DNA from: a virus
Virus record (IMG/VR): IMGVR_UViG_3300036770_005890
DNA length: 64,000 bases
Reading direction: 5' to 3' (one strand)
Of this stretch, positions 9,396 through 18,513 are shown one piece after another. The position numbers and the translations under genes are program-made. Under the pieces are notes generated by a model. That model was not told where the DNA came from, did not search any database, and worked only from the letters and a program-made list of their open reading frames with translations. Numbering within the stretch: position 1 is the stretch's first letter; each line of letters begins with the position of its first letter.

Positions 9396-9424
9396 AATAG
9401 GGTGAAACAATCTAGACTCGAGGC

Positions 9425-10957
9425 ATGAGCAATGCCTCGATTGCACTAGCGCGCCGGCGCAGTGCTCAGCTAGCTGCGCAGGCAATCAAGAAACAGCCGG
9501 AGGTCGTCGAGATCCCGCCTCATGTGCTGAAAGCGCGGGACAACTTCAGCTACTTCTGCGAGCTGATGGGCAAGAAGCCTGCTCGGCACATGAAGGAATG
9601 GCATCGTGCGTTCCTGACGGGGCAAAGCAGCGATCACCTCTTGGATATCGCTGGCCCGAACACGGTGCTCTTGAGTCCGCGTGGTAGCGCGAAGTCGACG
9701 GTGGTTGGCATGCTGCTGGGGTGGCTGATTGGCCGCCACGCGGAAGCGAAGAAGCTGCTGCGCATCCTCTACGTGTCGTACAACGTGGATGTGGCGCGCA
9801 ACAAGAGTGCAGCGATCAAGAATCTGATTCTGTCGCGGGAGTATCAGGAGATCTTCCCGTCGGTCAAGCTATCGAAGACGCGGACGTCTGACGAGCTGTG
9901 GAGCCTGGACTGGGAGTTTGCAGGGATCGACGTGCGCGGCGAAGACGCGTTCACGATTGCCTGCGCTGGCCTGAAGGGCACCATCACCTCAAAACGCGCC
10001 AACCTCGTGGTGGTCGACGACGCGATCAAGAGCGCAGCGTCGATCGCCAACCCGGATATTCGCCGGGAGATGGAAAGCAACTGGACGAACGTGATCGTGC
10101 CAACCATCTTCCAGGGCGGGCGGACCATCGCACTGGGGACCCGCTTTCACTTTGACGATCTGTTCTCCACAATTTTCACGGAGCAGAAGGGCTGGAAGGT
10201 CATCACTCAATCGGCCATCCAGTACGACGACGATGGCAGGCCCAAGTCGTATTGGCCGGAGATGTGGTCGACCAAATACCTGCTGCGACTGCAGGGCGAC
10301 GACAAGGTGGCGTTCTCGTACCAGTACCTGAACCAACCGGTTCGCTCAACGGAGCTCGGCATTTCACCGGAGCTGTTCATCAAGGGCGAGGTCCCAGACA
10401 CCTACGACACGGTTGGCGTAGGCATCGACCTCTCGGCGGGTATGAGCGAGCGAAACGACTGGACCGTCTTCACGTTGGCGGGACGGGTCGACGACAAGAT
10501 CTATGTGATCGACTACCGGCGCATGCGCTCGATGGGCAACATCGAGAAAGTGGAGGCACTCTGCGAGCTGTTAGTCGAATGGAACCTGCTGGCGGCTAAC
10601 GAGGAGGGCCATTACTTCCCGAGCGCCTCGCCAGTGACGATCTGGCCCGAGGTCGTCGCTTATCAGAAGAGCTTCGAGGGAGACCTGAAGCGAATCCTGT
10701 TCAACGAGTGGCAGCTGTACAACATCAACATCAGCCCAGTGAAGGGTTTCCGGGGCGACAAGCTGGCTCGCCTGCGCGGAATTATCGGCCTGTTCGAGGC
10801 CAAGAAGATCATTTTCAACAAGTACCGCGACTTCGGCGGCATGGTCGATGAGGTGGTGAACTTCGGGCACGCACCGCATGATGACTGTGCCGACTCTCTG
10901 AATATCGTTGTCCAGGGCTTGATGCGCCGTGGTGGCGCTCAAGTTGAGTGGAACTAA
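9425..10957 (+). CDS. terL: terminase large subunit
   Basis: Walker A-like LLSPRGSAKST, Walker B LVVVDD, C-terminal nuclease-type acidic motifs (VGIDLS, HDDCADSL). 510 aa. Confidence 0.85.
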   Translation: MSNASIALARRRSAQLAAQAIKKQPEVVEIPPHVLKARDNFSYFCELMGKKPARHMKEWHRAFLTGQSSDHLLDIAGPNTVLLSPRGSAKSTVVGMLLGWLIGRHAEAKKLLRILYVSYNVDVARNKSAAIKNLILSREYQEIFPSVKLSKTRTSDELWSLDWEFAGIDVRGEDAFTIACAGLKGTITSKRANLVVVDDAIKSAASIANPDIRREMESNWTNVIVPTIFQGGRTIALGTRFHFDDLFSTIFTEQKGWKVITQSAIQYDDDGRPKSYWPEMWSTKYLLRLQGDDKVAFSYQYLNQPVRSTELGISPELFIKGEVPDTYDTVGVGIDLSAGMSERNDWTVFTLAGRVDDKIYVIDYRRMRSMGNIEKVEALCELLVEWNLLAANEEGHYFPSASPVTIWPEVVAYQKSFEGDLKRILFNEWQLYNINISPVKGFRGDKLARLRGIIGLFEAKKIIFNKYRDFGGMVDEVVNFGHAPHDDCADSLNIVVQGLMRRGGAQVEWN

Positions 10958-10966
10958 GATAGACCA

Positions 10967-13180
10967 ATGAGACAGGCTACGAACGAGCGCTTCCGTCGGA
11001 TCCTGGAAGCCGCGCGCAAGCGTGACGGTACGAGTGGTACCGACACGATGATCGTGAACAGTCATCTCTCGCAGATGAAGATGTTCATGCTGCGTCAAGG
11101 TGTCGAGTTCTACCCGTCTCAGGACACGTTTGGTTTTCGCAAGAAGTTCCTCGATCAGCTGATTGAGGAAAACGAAATTGACTGCCGCCTTGAGGGCATC
11201 GTTGACGATTTCCTGATCGACGGTAAAGGACTGTTCTATTTCAGGCCGATCAGGGACACCTATCGCCTGATGTGGTTTAGCAAGGAGAACTACAGGGCTT
11301 ACTACGACGCAACGGGCCAGCTCGAGGAGATCGAGCTGATTTACTCCTTCACTGTGCGTGATGGCCTTGGTGTCTTGTCGGTGCCCGGCAGCGACGGGGG
11401 CTCCACGCGCTATGTGAAGCTGCGTGTCAAGCGTGATCAGATTAAAGAAACGATCAGCACAGAAAAGCCATCTTTCGACTCTGCATTCACAGCAGGAATG
11501 CTGTCTGCTGGTCAAACGCGCACGCTGATCAACAGTCTGGGATTTGTCCCGGCCGTCGAAGCCTTCAATACGATGCGCTCGACCGGCATGGATGCGACCG
11601 GCGAGTTCGACTGGCTGGCAGACCAGATCGTTACGCATGACGATCTGGTCAAGAACATCCGGACAAACATCCATTTCTTCGGCAATCCGACGCTGGTGTC
11701 GAGTCGCCCGAAGCAGGACCTTGTGGAGTCGGGCGATGAGGATGCAAGTCGCCCAACTATTAGTTCTCAAGGCGGGTTCTACGCAGGGAACCGCCCGTCC
11801 ACGCGAGTAAGCCAGCCCTATGGCAGCGGTGGTGGTGGACTCAAGGTTCCCCGGATCATCGCCAATGTCGAGCCGACGGACCGACTGCTGTATGTCACGC
11901 CGGATGCCGTGTCGGGCGACCAGAACCTGTACGCGCGTCAGTACCGAGAAGAAATCCGTACTGCGCTGGGTGGCGTTGACGAGCTGGGTGTCTCAACCGG
12001 CGCAACAGCTTATGAGATCAAATCCCTCTACGGCCGCGCCTCGACAACGGCTAAGCGCCGCTGCCGGGGGCTATTGACGTATGGCCTGTGCAAATTGCTT
12101 GCCCTGATCATCTACCACGAGGAGCAGATCTTCAGGGACTCATTCGCCGCGGCGAGTGGGATGGAAAAGCCGCAAGCGCCGATTCGCGAAGAATTTCAGA
12201 CTCGCGAAGATTTCGCGATGGCGATGGAGGCATACGAGGCAACTCTCGCGGAATTTAAGCAGCAACTGGAAGCCAGCATTGCCGAGGCCGTGCAGGCCAG
12301 AGAATTGCCGCCGGGTGTGGTCGGCTTGATCCCTGATGGCGATCGCAGAATCGAATGGCGTTGGCAGGGACCGGTCTTTGAGGATTCCGCAGAAGATATA
12401 CTGAATGCAAGCATTGTTGTGCGCAACCTGCAGGAACTCGGTGTCAACAGCATCGAGGCTCTCAGGTATCTCTTCCCCGACAAAACGGATGAAGAGCGCA
12501 GCGCGATGCTCAGTGGCTATCCATTCCGGATGGCGCAAGCCACGCAACAAAGCATTGGCACATTCCTGTCGCTCATTCAAACGATGCGACAGACACCCCA
12601 CCCGCAAGCTCCTGACCTACCGCTGCTTGCGGACCCTCAGCTCGATCTGACGCCCTACGTCTACCGAGCCCTGGACTTCTTGAAACGTGAGCTGACCTAT
12701 GCAGGACAGTACAGTGATGACACAGGCTCCGGTGACCCCGCAGCCCTCGATGACGTCGAGCGTACCCGCGTCGACCGTGGCTTACCAGCCAGCGCCGGCC
12801 CAGAGCGCCCCAGCTTCGTACCCGACAGCTACGGCGCCACAAGCGGAGCAGGTTTACTCGCAGGCGCCGGTGGCGCAGGCGAATCCCTGGCAGGAGGCGT
12901 TCAATCGACTGAGCGAAAGCCTGAGCGCGACGCGGAGCTCCCAATCGCAGGTGCCCTACTCGGCGCCGACCCAACAGGCAGCTCCCTCCCCGGAAGCCTA
13001 TTGGCAGCAAGCAGCCAGCTACCAAGCAGCCCCTTCCGTTTCGGGGACGCCGATTTCGCCGCTCCCTCAAACGCAGGCCTATTCCCAGGCGACGTATCAA
13101 CAGGCGCCGACCTGGAACAACGCCGCAACGGCGAGCGCGAGCGACGGGTATCTCGAAAGCGTCAGCAACGAAAGTCTTGA
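10967..13180 (+). CDS. portal protein candidate (C-terminal ~160 aa read through the next gene in another frame)
   Basis: 737-aa ORF directly after terL. Assigned by size and position. The last 482 nt overlap ORF 12699..13688. Confidence 0.6.
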   Translation: MRQATNERFRRILEAARKRDGTSGTDTMIVNSHLSQMKMFMLRQGVEFYPSQDTFGFRKKFLDQLIEENEIDCRLEGIVDDFLIDGKGLFYFRPIRDTYRLMWFSKENYRAYYDATGQLEEIELIYSFTVRDGLGVLSVPGSDGGSTRYVKLRVKRDQIKETISTEKPSFDSAFTAGMLSAGQTRTLINSLGFVPAVEAFNTMRSTGMDATGEFDWLADQIVTHDDLVKNIRTNIHFFGNPTLVSSRPKQDLVESGDEDASRPTISSQGGFYAGNRPSTRVSQPYGSGGGGLKVPRIIANVEPTDRLLYVTPDAVSGDQNLYARQYREEIRTALGGVDELGVSTGATAYEIKSLYGRASTTAKRRCRGLLTYGLCKLLALIIYHEEQIFRDSFAAASGMEKPQAPIREEFQTREDFAMAMEAYEATLAEFKQQLEASIAEAVQARELPPGVVGLIPDGDRRIEWRWQGPVFEDSAEDILNASIVVRNLQELGVNSIEALRYLFPDKTDEERSAMLSGYPFRMAQATQQSIGTFLSLIQTMRQTPHPQAPDLPLLADPQLDLTPYVYRALDFLKRELTYAGQYSDDTGSGDPAALDDVERTRVDRGLPASAGPERPSFVPDSYGATSGAGLLAGAGGAGESLAGGVQSTERKPERDAELPIAGALLGADPTGSSLPGSLLAASSQLPSSPFRFGDADFAAPSNAGLFPGDVSTGADLEQRRNGERERRVSRKRQQRKS

Positions 13181-13688
13181 GGTTCTCGAGCACTTCGGTC
13201 TTGAGGCCCCTGCGCTTCTGAACCGCTACGCCTGCGTCGTAGAGGATGCACTGCTGGCCCAGGCAACTCAAACTGCCCAGGTGATGCAGCAGGTTGAGCA
13301 GCTGGCTGAATCGCTGGAAGCCGCAAAGCTGGTGATCAACTCCGCCGCAGAGGACAACGCGGCGTACCACACCATGCTGACCGATCCCGATCTGCTGGCC
13401 GAGTACGTCAACGAGTTCTTCGGTCCCGAAGGTCCTTACCCGACCGAAACCGCCGAAGACCGCCTGGCTGCCGAGGTGTACGCCAACGAGATGCGCTACA
13501 GCGGCGCTCCCGTCTACGAGCGTCCTCAAATGGACATTCCCTCCCCCGGCGTTCAGGCCAGCGAGGGTGATGATTTCTGGGGCATGTTCTCTGCGATTAG
13601 CGAGCGCAACCCCGCCGCCGCATGGCAGATGCTGAGCCAAGCCTCGCCCGAGGCCCTGCGCAGCAAGCTGCTGATTTCGGAAGCCTGA
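12699..13688 (+). CDS. scaffold-like protein (Q/A/P/S-rich N-terminus, helical acidic C-terminus)
   Basis: 329-aa ORF between the portal and a terminator. Codon choice in 12900..13180 looks more gene-like in this frame than in the portal frame. Confidence 0.45.
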   Translation: MQDSTVMTQAPVTPQPSMTSSVPASTVAYQPAPAQSAPASYPTATAPQAEQVYSQAPVAQANPWQEAFNRLSESLSATRSSQSQVPYSAPTQQAAPSPEAYWQQAASYQAAPSVSGTPISPLPQTQAYSQATYQQAPTWNNAATASASDGYLESVSNESLEVLEHFGLEAPALLNRYACVVEDALLAQATQTAQVMQQVEQLAESLEAAKLVINSAAEDNAAYHTMLTDPDLLAEYVNEFFGPEGPYPTETAEDRLAAEVYANEMRYSGAPVYERPQMDIPSPGVQASEGDDFWGMFSAISERNPAAAWQMLSQASPEALRSKLLISEA

Positions 13689-13697
13689 TTCATTCGC

Positions 13698-13719
13698 GCC
13701 CCGCTACGGCGGGGCTTTT
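13698..13719 (+). terminator. rho-independent terminator
   Basis: GCCCCGC tacg GCGGGGC followed by TTTT, 10 nt after the scaffold-like gene stop. Confidence 0.55.
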
Positions 13720-13723
13720 CATC

Positions 13724-14068
13724 ATGATGTTGCCTCCTCGTGCCAACATCGACGCGATGGCGTTGAATGCGGCACCTAACTCGTCTGCAACCCTGCAAGT
13801 CCCCGTGGCACTGCAGGTGCAGCGCTCCAAGGATGCACTGCGCGCTGAAGAGGAACCCCGTCAGTTAATGGCCGGGATCCAGGACAGCGCTCGTGCGGCC
13901 GAGATGGATCAAAGCACAGCTGAAGCGAAGGCAAGCGCCTTGGCGATGTACACCGCAGCTGAGGTATCGAAGATGGCCGGCCTCGGCCAGAACAAGATGG
14001 CCTTGGCGCAAACCATGCAGCAATCAGGCATGAGCCCTGAGGATCTGATGGAGCTGATCTATCGCTGA
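13724..14068 (+). CDS. hypothetical protein
   Basis: Internal ATG of track ORF 13622..14068, placed just after the terminator hairpin at 13698..13719. Confidence 0.4.
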   Translation: MMLPPRANIDAMALNAAPNSSATLQVPVALQVQRSKDALRAEEEPRQLMAGIQDSARAAEMDQSTAEAKASALAMYTAAEVSKMAGLGQNKMALAQTMQQSGMSPEDLMELIYR

Positions 14069-14102
14069 TTTGCTGACTACGATGTAGTCATCTGCAAACA
14101 CC

Positions 14103-14342
14103 TTGATGCGCCTTGCCGGTAGCGATGAGATTTTCTCGGCGCTGGCAGGGCGTTTTGCTGTCAATGGCACAGCACCTGCAGATGATGCGCTGGATGCATT
14201 CTTCCAGACGTATGCGCTATTGAAGTCGAAGGGCTACAGCGACAATGCGGCCGAGCAGGTGGCAACAGATATTGCGCAGGGGCGCGAACCGGCTCCGCAC
14301 GTGACCAAGAGATTCGCGGACATCTATGGCGATCCATCCTGA
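14103..14342 (+). CDS. hypothetical protein
   Basis: 79-aa ORF with TTG-ATG at 14103/14106. Confidence 0.4.
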   Translation: MMRLAGSDEIFSALAGRFAVNGTAPADDALDAFFQTYALLKSKGYSDNAAEQVATDIAQGREPAPHVTKRFADIYGDPS

Positions 14343-15492
14343 AACGATGGCAATAGCCGTTCGAGAGATCGAGCGGTTTGAGGGAATTGAGCTCGAGGCG
14401 TACCTCGACCCAGTGGGGATCCCGACAATCTGCGCTGGATTGACTCGGTATCCAAACGGAACACCGGTCAGGATGGGCGATGTCTGCAAGGGCGATGTCT
14501 GCAGGTCCTACCTGCAGGTGATGCTGGAGAAAGAGTTTCTGCCGAAGCTGGAAGTAATCCCGCGCTGGAATGAGCTCGGGCCGAACCGGCAAGCGGCGCT
14601 GCTGAGTTTTGCTTGGAACCTCGGCGCTTCGTTCTACGGCGCTCCGGGCTTCGAGACGATTAGCCGTGTATTGCGCGAAGGGGCAGCGAGGCCTGAGATC
14701 TATCAGCAGATGAGCAATGCTCTCGAGCTGTATGTCAAGGCAGGCGGCAGGGTGCTGCCAGGGCTGGTAAACCGTCGTAAGGCGGAAGCAAAATTGTGGA
14801 ATGCTGAATCGGATGGGATCATGAAATTCATTGCAACGCAGCAGACTTACTTAAAGAAAGCCACAATCGAGAGTCGGTATTTGTCCGATCTCGGGAAGAG
14901 AAGCTTTGCGGAAGGCGAATCCCTTGCAATCAGTCGAGTGGAAGAGATCCCGGCTGACTCCCATGCCTGGGTCACCTTGAATGGAGGTACGGAAAAGTGG
15001 GTTCTCTTCCTACCTCACTGGCGAGAGGAGACAGCCAAGCCTGGCTTAGCACCAACAACCGCCATCAACTGGGGAGATTTCGGTGCGCGGGTTGGCGAAT
15101 ATATCACCGTTGGCGAAGTGCTTCAGTACGACGCGAGGCGTAAGCCAAAGGCGGGAAGCCAGGAAGAGAAAGAGATCATCAAGGTCTGCAAGGAGTTCGA
15201 TGCCATCCGCAAGAGCTGGGACGGCCCATTGGGTGTGACTAGCGGTTACAGGCCTGAGCCAATCAATCGACAAGTTGGTGGCGTCCCTGGTTCGTACCAC
15301 ACAAAGGGCATGGCGCTCGATATTTATCCGATCGGTGAATCACTCGAGAACTTCCACCGCTGGCTGATTCAACGCTGGAGCGGCGGGTATGGCGATGGGC
15401 GCCCCAAAGGCTTTATCCATATCGACACCAGAAATGGCGGGTGCTTCCACGCACGAGCGGGGGTAAAGCCGTTTACTGTTTGGAATTACTGA
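14326..15492 (+). CDS. two-domain lysin: GH24-type lysozyme N-terminus and peptidase M15-type C-terminus
   Basis: EIERFEGIELEAYLDPVGIPTICAGLT and GLVNRRKAEAKLW (lysozyme). SGYRPEPINRQVGGVPGSYHTKGMALDI and GFIHIDTR (zinc D,D-peptidase type). Confidence 0.75.
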   Translation: MAIHPETMAIAVREIERFEGIELEAYLDPVGIPTICAGLTRYPNGTPVRMGDVCKGDVCRSYLQVMLEKEFLPKLEVIPRWNELGPNRQAALLSFAWNLGASFYGAPGFETISRVLREGAARPEIYQQMSNALELYVKAGGRVLPGLVNRRKAEAKLWNAESDGIMKFIATQQTYLKKATIESRYLSDLGKRSFAEGESLAISRVEEIPADSHAWVTLNGGTEKWVLFLPHWREETAKPGLAPTTAINWGDFGARVGEYITVGEVLQYDARRKPKAGSQEEKEIIKVCKEFDAIRKSWDGPLGVTSGYRPEPINRQVGGVPGSYHTKGMALDIYPIGESLENFHRWLIQRWSGGYGDGRPKGFIHIDTRNGGCFHARAGVKPFTVWNY

Positions 15493-15524
15493 CACTTTCT
15501 AAGATGTATTTTTAATCGCGGATC

Positions 15525-15932
15525 GTGGCACCTCAACCAGGCTTCTTTGATCCAGTCACGATGCCTGGCGCGTCGATCCAACCCCAGGCGGTTCCGTTTG
15601 CGCCGACGGCGATGTATCGCAATAAGTACGGAACGGACGTACAGGCTGGTTACAACCTGCAAAGCGGAGAATTGCAGGGTGAAGCAACTTTCCCGTTGGG
15701 TGACGCCGCCAACGGGAACATGTTGACGATTCGTGGCGGGTACGGAGGCGAGTCAGGGCCGAGTGCGTTTATCGGGTTCACCAAGCGCAACTCGGACGCT
15801 GCCAAACAGATGATCCAGCAAAACCCTGACGAGTATTCAATCGGACTGGATCTGTTCGGCCAGAAGCGTCCAGCGGGCGCTGCTTTAGGCCTGACCCCAG
15901 GTCAGATGGGAGCCGCTGTAGGGATGCCCTGA
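15525..15932 (+). CDS. hypothetical protein
   Basis: 135-aa ORF, GTG start. Confidence 0.4.
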   Translation: MAPQPGFFDPVTMPGASIQPQAVPFAPTAMYRNKYGTDVQAGYNLQSGELQGEATFPLGDAANGNMLTIRGGYGGESGPSAFIGFTKRNSDAAKQMIQQNPDEYSIGLDLFGQKRPAGAALGLTPGQMGAAVGMP

Positions 15933-15945
15933 CGGACGATAGTCG

Positions 15946-16080
15946 TCAGCCCTTCCCCTGCCCCCGACGCAGCTTGCGGCCGTGACTGGCGCGGCTGCGT
16001 CGACCATTCCCCTGGCGAGTGATCTTCTCAACCGGATCCTTGTGGATGGCGCCGGTTGGGCTCTTCTTGACCTTGGCCAT
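15946..16080 (-). CDS. 44-aa very basic peptide (below the ORF-track cutoff)
   Basis: Hand translation: MAKVKKSPTGAIHKDPVEKITRQGNGRRSRASHGRKLRRGQGKG. Its ATG overlaps the TGA of the upstream gene (TGATG at 16078..16082). Confidence 0.35.
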   Translation of the reverse strand: MAKVKKSPTGAIHKDPVEKITRQGNGRRSRASHGRKLRRGQGKG

Positions 16081-16502
16081 CAGATCACACGCACGGCCAT
16101 AGCGCCGATGTTGAATTGAACGGTGTCACCAAGCTGGACACCAACGGAGGTTGTCAGTGCGCCAGAGGCGAGGAAGTTGCCACCGGTGGCGGCATCCCAG
16201 ATGCCGAAATGCGTAACGGTCTGGGTTGTTGTATTCACAGCACTGGTTGTGATCTGAACCACGCCAGTGTTGGTGATCTCGAAGCCGCCGCCTGATGCGG
16301 ATGCGACGGCAGTAAAAGCTGCGCTCGAGACAGTAGTCCGGGTTGCACTGCCTTTGATCGTGCCGGTTACATCATTCGATGTGCCAGCCGAGCCGGGATC
16401 ACCGGTGTGCAAGGACACGTAGACATTCGATAGCGCAGTAGGAAACGGAGATCCCTTGACCCAGTTCAATACCTGGGTTGCAAAATACTGCGAGAACGCC
16501 AT
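16080..16502 (-). CDS. structural protein, paralog family with 17850..18290
   Basis: 140 aa. The pattern FATQVLNWV...VYVSLHTGDPG...VTHFGIWDAATGGNFLASGAL...GDTVQF resembles a widespread phage tail/fibre-associated family (recalled, not searched). Confidence 0.55.
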   Translation of the reverse strand: MAFSQYFATQVLNWVKGSPFPTALSNVYVSLHTGDPGSAGTSNDVTGTIKGSATRTTVSSAAFTAVASASGGGFEITNTGVVQITTSAVNTTTQTVTHFGIWDAATGGNFLASGALTTSVGVQLGDTVQFNIGAMAVRVI

Positions 16503-16554
16503 GGACTTACTTCTCTACTGAACCATTCTGGCAAGTTCATGGAGCCGGCTAGTT

Positions 16555-17829
16555 CTAATAGCCGCCCCCATAACCTCCTCCGTAGGGAGGGGCAGAACTC
16601 AGGGTAGCGATACTGCTTCCGGTGCCAATTGCGGAACCTGAGATGCGATGAGTTTGCTTGAGCCTGCCGTACGGAACCATTGTTCCAACTGCAGCGCCGC
16701 GCATGATCGCAAGCGACAGTACAGGTATCGCGGCGATAGTAGCTGCGCCGGAGAGACGATCGATCTTGGAATCGGGTGGGATCGTTCCCGACATGGGACC
16801 CGTCAGGGTCGCAGCGCTGTACAGCTTGGCGATAGCAAATCGACCATACGGCGCGAATGTGCCTCCGGCAGCGCCGATGAGCGGCTTAAACCGGATGACC
16901 TGCATGGTGACCTTAAAAGGAATCGCTTGCCACTGATTGCAGGAGATCGTGAAGTAGTACACGCCAGCAGGGAGCGACTCCGCTGCTTCGTTTGTCTCGG
17001 TAGCGTGGTTGTCATTGCGATAAGCGAAGCCGTCCGGGTTCAGCGGTAGTGGCTTGCGATCGGCGTCAAGGACACCAACTGATAGGTAGTTCTTAGTGAA
17101 GGGTGATGTGGTGTTGTTCTTAATGAAGAGCTGCGCAGGGCCATCGGTTTCGACGACAAAGAAAGCGGTATTGGATCCGGCCTGACTGCCAAGTTCACCC
17201 TCGGCAACTGAGAACAGGTTGCTGATGAGGCCGAAGTTCTTGGCTTTGAGAGCAGAGTTGTACTTGACGTACTGGGGACGGATGAAGGAGCCGCCTGTGT
17301 CGTCGCTACCTCCATAAGGATTGAGCGGCTTGTCGCGCCGCTGTCCGGAAGCGGGTGCTGGCGGTTGGAACTGGAAGCCGCTGCCCTGGGGACTGGAAGT
17401 GAAGGCGGCTGTAGAGACGTCAAAAATGAGCGCCCGCTGCAGTGCGGTGACCGGTCCTTCGGCCTCGTACGCCGCAATCGGGGCAATAACCCGGGCGTGC
17501 AGAAAGATCGAATTGCTTACGCCCGTCGCGAGGAAGGAGCCCGCATCGCAATAGAGGATGTAGCCCCTGATGAAGCTGGCGGCCACAGGCGCGCGCGAGA
17601 AAGTGCCGCTCGAGAGAGAGAAGCGAAGACTGGCCTTGGGGTAAGCCTCTGGCCCAAGGACGGCATAGACTGCTGTTACAGGGGCCTGGTAGTAGCCGCG
17701 CGGGTACTGCGTGCTGCCGCCACTGGCAGTGAATGCGCCGGTGTCTGCATAGAAGCGGCGTGTAAAAGTGAGGACCGCCGCCGAGCCTTCGGCTTGATAT
17801 CTCTGGCGATTAGCAACAAGCGTCGGCAT
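16555..17829 (-). CDS. hypothetical structural protein, 424 aa
   Basis: Long ORF between two paralogous structural genes, with a Gly/Tyr-rich C-terminus. Confidence 0.55.
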   Translation of the reverse strand: MPTLVANRQRYQAEGSAAVLTFTRRFYADTGAFTASGGSTQYPRGYYQAPVTAVYAVLGPEAYPKASLRFSLSSGTFSRAPVAASFIRGYILYCDAGSFLATGVSNSIFLHARVIAPIAAYEAEGPVTALQRALIFDVSTAAFTSSPQGSGFQFQPPAPASGQRRDKPLNPYGGSDDTGGSFIRPQYVKYNSALKAKNFGLISNLFSVAEGELGSQAGSNTAFFVVETDGPAQLFIKNNTTSPFTKNYLSVGVLDADRKPLPLNPDGFAYRNDNHATETNEAAESLPAGVYYFTISCNQWQAIPFKVTMQVIRFKPLIGAAGGTFAPYGRFAIAKLYSAATLTGPMSGTIPPDSKIDRLSGAATIAAIPVLSLAIMRGAAVGTMVPYGRLKQTHRISGSAIGTGSSIATLSSAPPYGGGYGGGY

Positions 17830-17849
17830 TCTTCATCCTGGCGAGGGGA

Positions 17850-18290
17850 TCAGGCCAGGGTCAGAGCGCCATTCACCTGGTCGAAGTCAATGGTCAGGCT
17901 TTCGCCGTTGGAGAGGGTCAGCGACGTGCCGTAGTCGTAGTAGCCGATGAGCGGATCAGCTGGCGAGGTGGGCGTGTCGTTGAAGACGTAGATGTAGCGG
18001 AACGGTCCGACTGTCCCTGTCGCGTTCAGCGTCAGATCCGCGAGAACCAGCTTGTAGGTACCAGAGGCCTGTGCAGAGCTGGTGGTGGTGATGTTGCGGC
18101 TACTCAGGTTGGTATAGGAGACCTGGGTGACGTTGGCCAGCACACAGTTGGCTGTCGCTCCAGTGGGAGGGGTCGCCTCTGCAGTCGGGTTGACGTTGCT
18201 GAGCGCGAGCACCAGCTGATTGGTCGAGAGATTGTGAACACCCAGACTGAGGTGTTCAACAAAGCCGTTCAGCTTATTAAAGACCGCCAT
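17850..18290 (-). CDS. structural protein, paralog of 16080..16502
   Basis: 146 aa with the same N-terminal helix / beta-rich / G-x-L-T-L architecture. TAGACT lies 25 nt upstream of the ATG. Confidence 0.55.
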   Translation of the reverse strand: MAVFNKLNGFVEHLSLGVHNLSTNQLVLALSNVNPTAEATPPTGATANCVLANVTQVSYTNLSSRNITTTSSAQASGTYKLVLADLTLNATGTVGPFRYIYVFNDTPTSPADPLIGYYDYGTSLTLSNGESLTIDFDQVNGALTLA

Positions 18291-18315
18291 CGGGCCGGGT
18301 TATCGCGATTGATGC

Positions 18316-18321
18316 AGTCTA
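18316..18321 (-). promoter_or_regulatory. -10-like hexamer TAGACT, 25 nt before ATG 18290
   Basis: Fixed-distance set, minus strand. Confidence 0.4.
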
Positions 18322-18348
18322 AGAGATTGATTCAAGGAGTCCTGAGCC

Positions 18349-18513
18349 TTAGAGGTCGTAGACGCGGCACTCTTCTGCGCCCGGATTCTCGTCGCAGAAG
18401 TCAAGGAATTTGCGCCGAAGTCCCGAAGCGAGGCAGTAATCAGAGCCCAAGCGACGCGGCTCGCTTGGCTTGTTCTGCTCGGGTGTATTGGGAGGGTTCT
18501 CTGGAATCGCCAT
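18349..18513 (-). CDS. minimal CP12-like peptide (C-terminal Cys loop only)
   Basis: Ends in FCDENPGAEECRVYDL, matching the CP12 C-terminal C-x3-P-x4-C-R-x-Y-D loop. Start chosen at the internal ATG of track ORF 18349..18585. Confidence 0.5.
   Translation of the reverse strand: MAIPENPPNTPEQNKPSEPRRLGSDYCLASGLRRKFLDFCDENPGAEECRVYDL

Noticed and set aside
9413-9418. TAGACT only 6 nt before the terL ATG, and TATAGA 5 nt before ATG 49600, as leaderless-mRNA promoters
   Set aside because: The spacing is compatible with leaderless transcripts. With only two cases and no supporting data I did not list them as features.
10571-11770. 399-aa minus-strand ORF antisense to terL and the portal gene
   Set aside because: It overlaps two well-supported plus-strand genes, has an Arg/Leu/His-rich composition and lacks a start context. 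Long antisense ORFs are expected by chance at ~60% GC.
12573-13640. 355-aa minus-strand ORF antisense to the scaffold-like gene
   Set aside because: R/G/L-rich mirror of a Q/A/P-rich gene, with no motifs. Antisense artefact.
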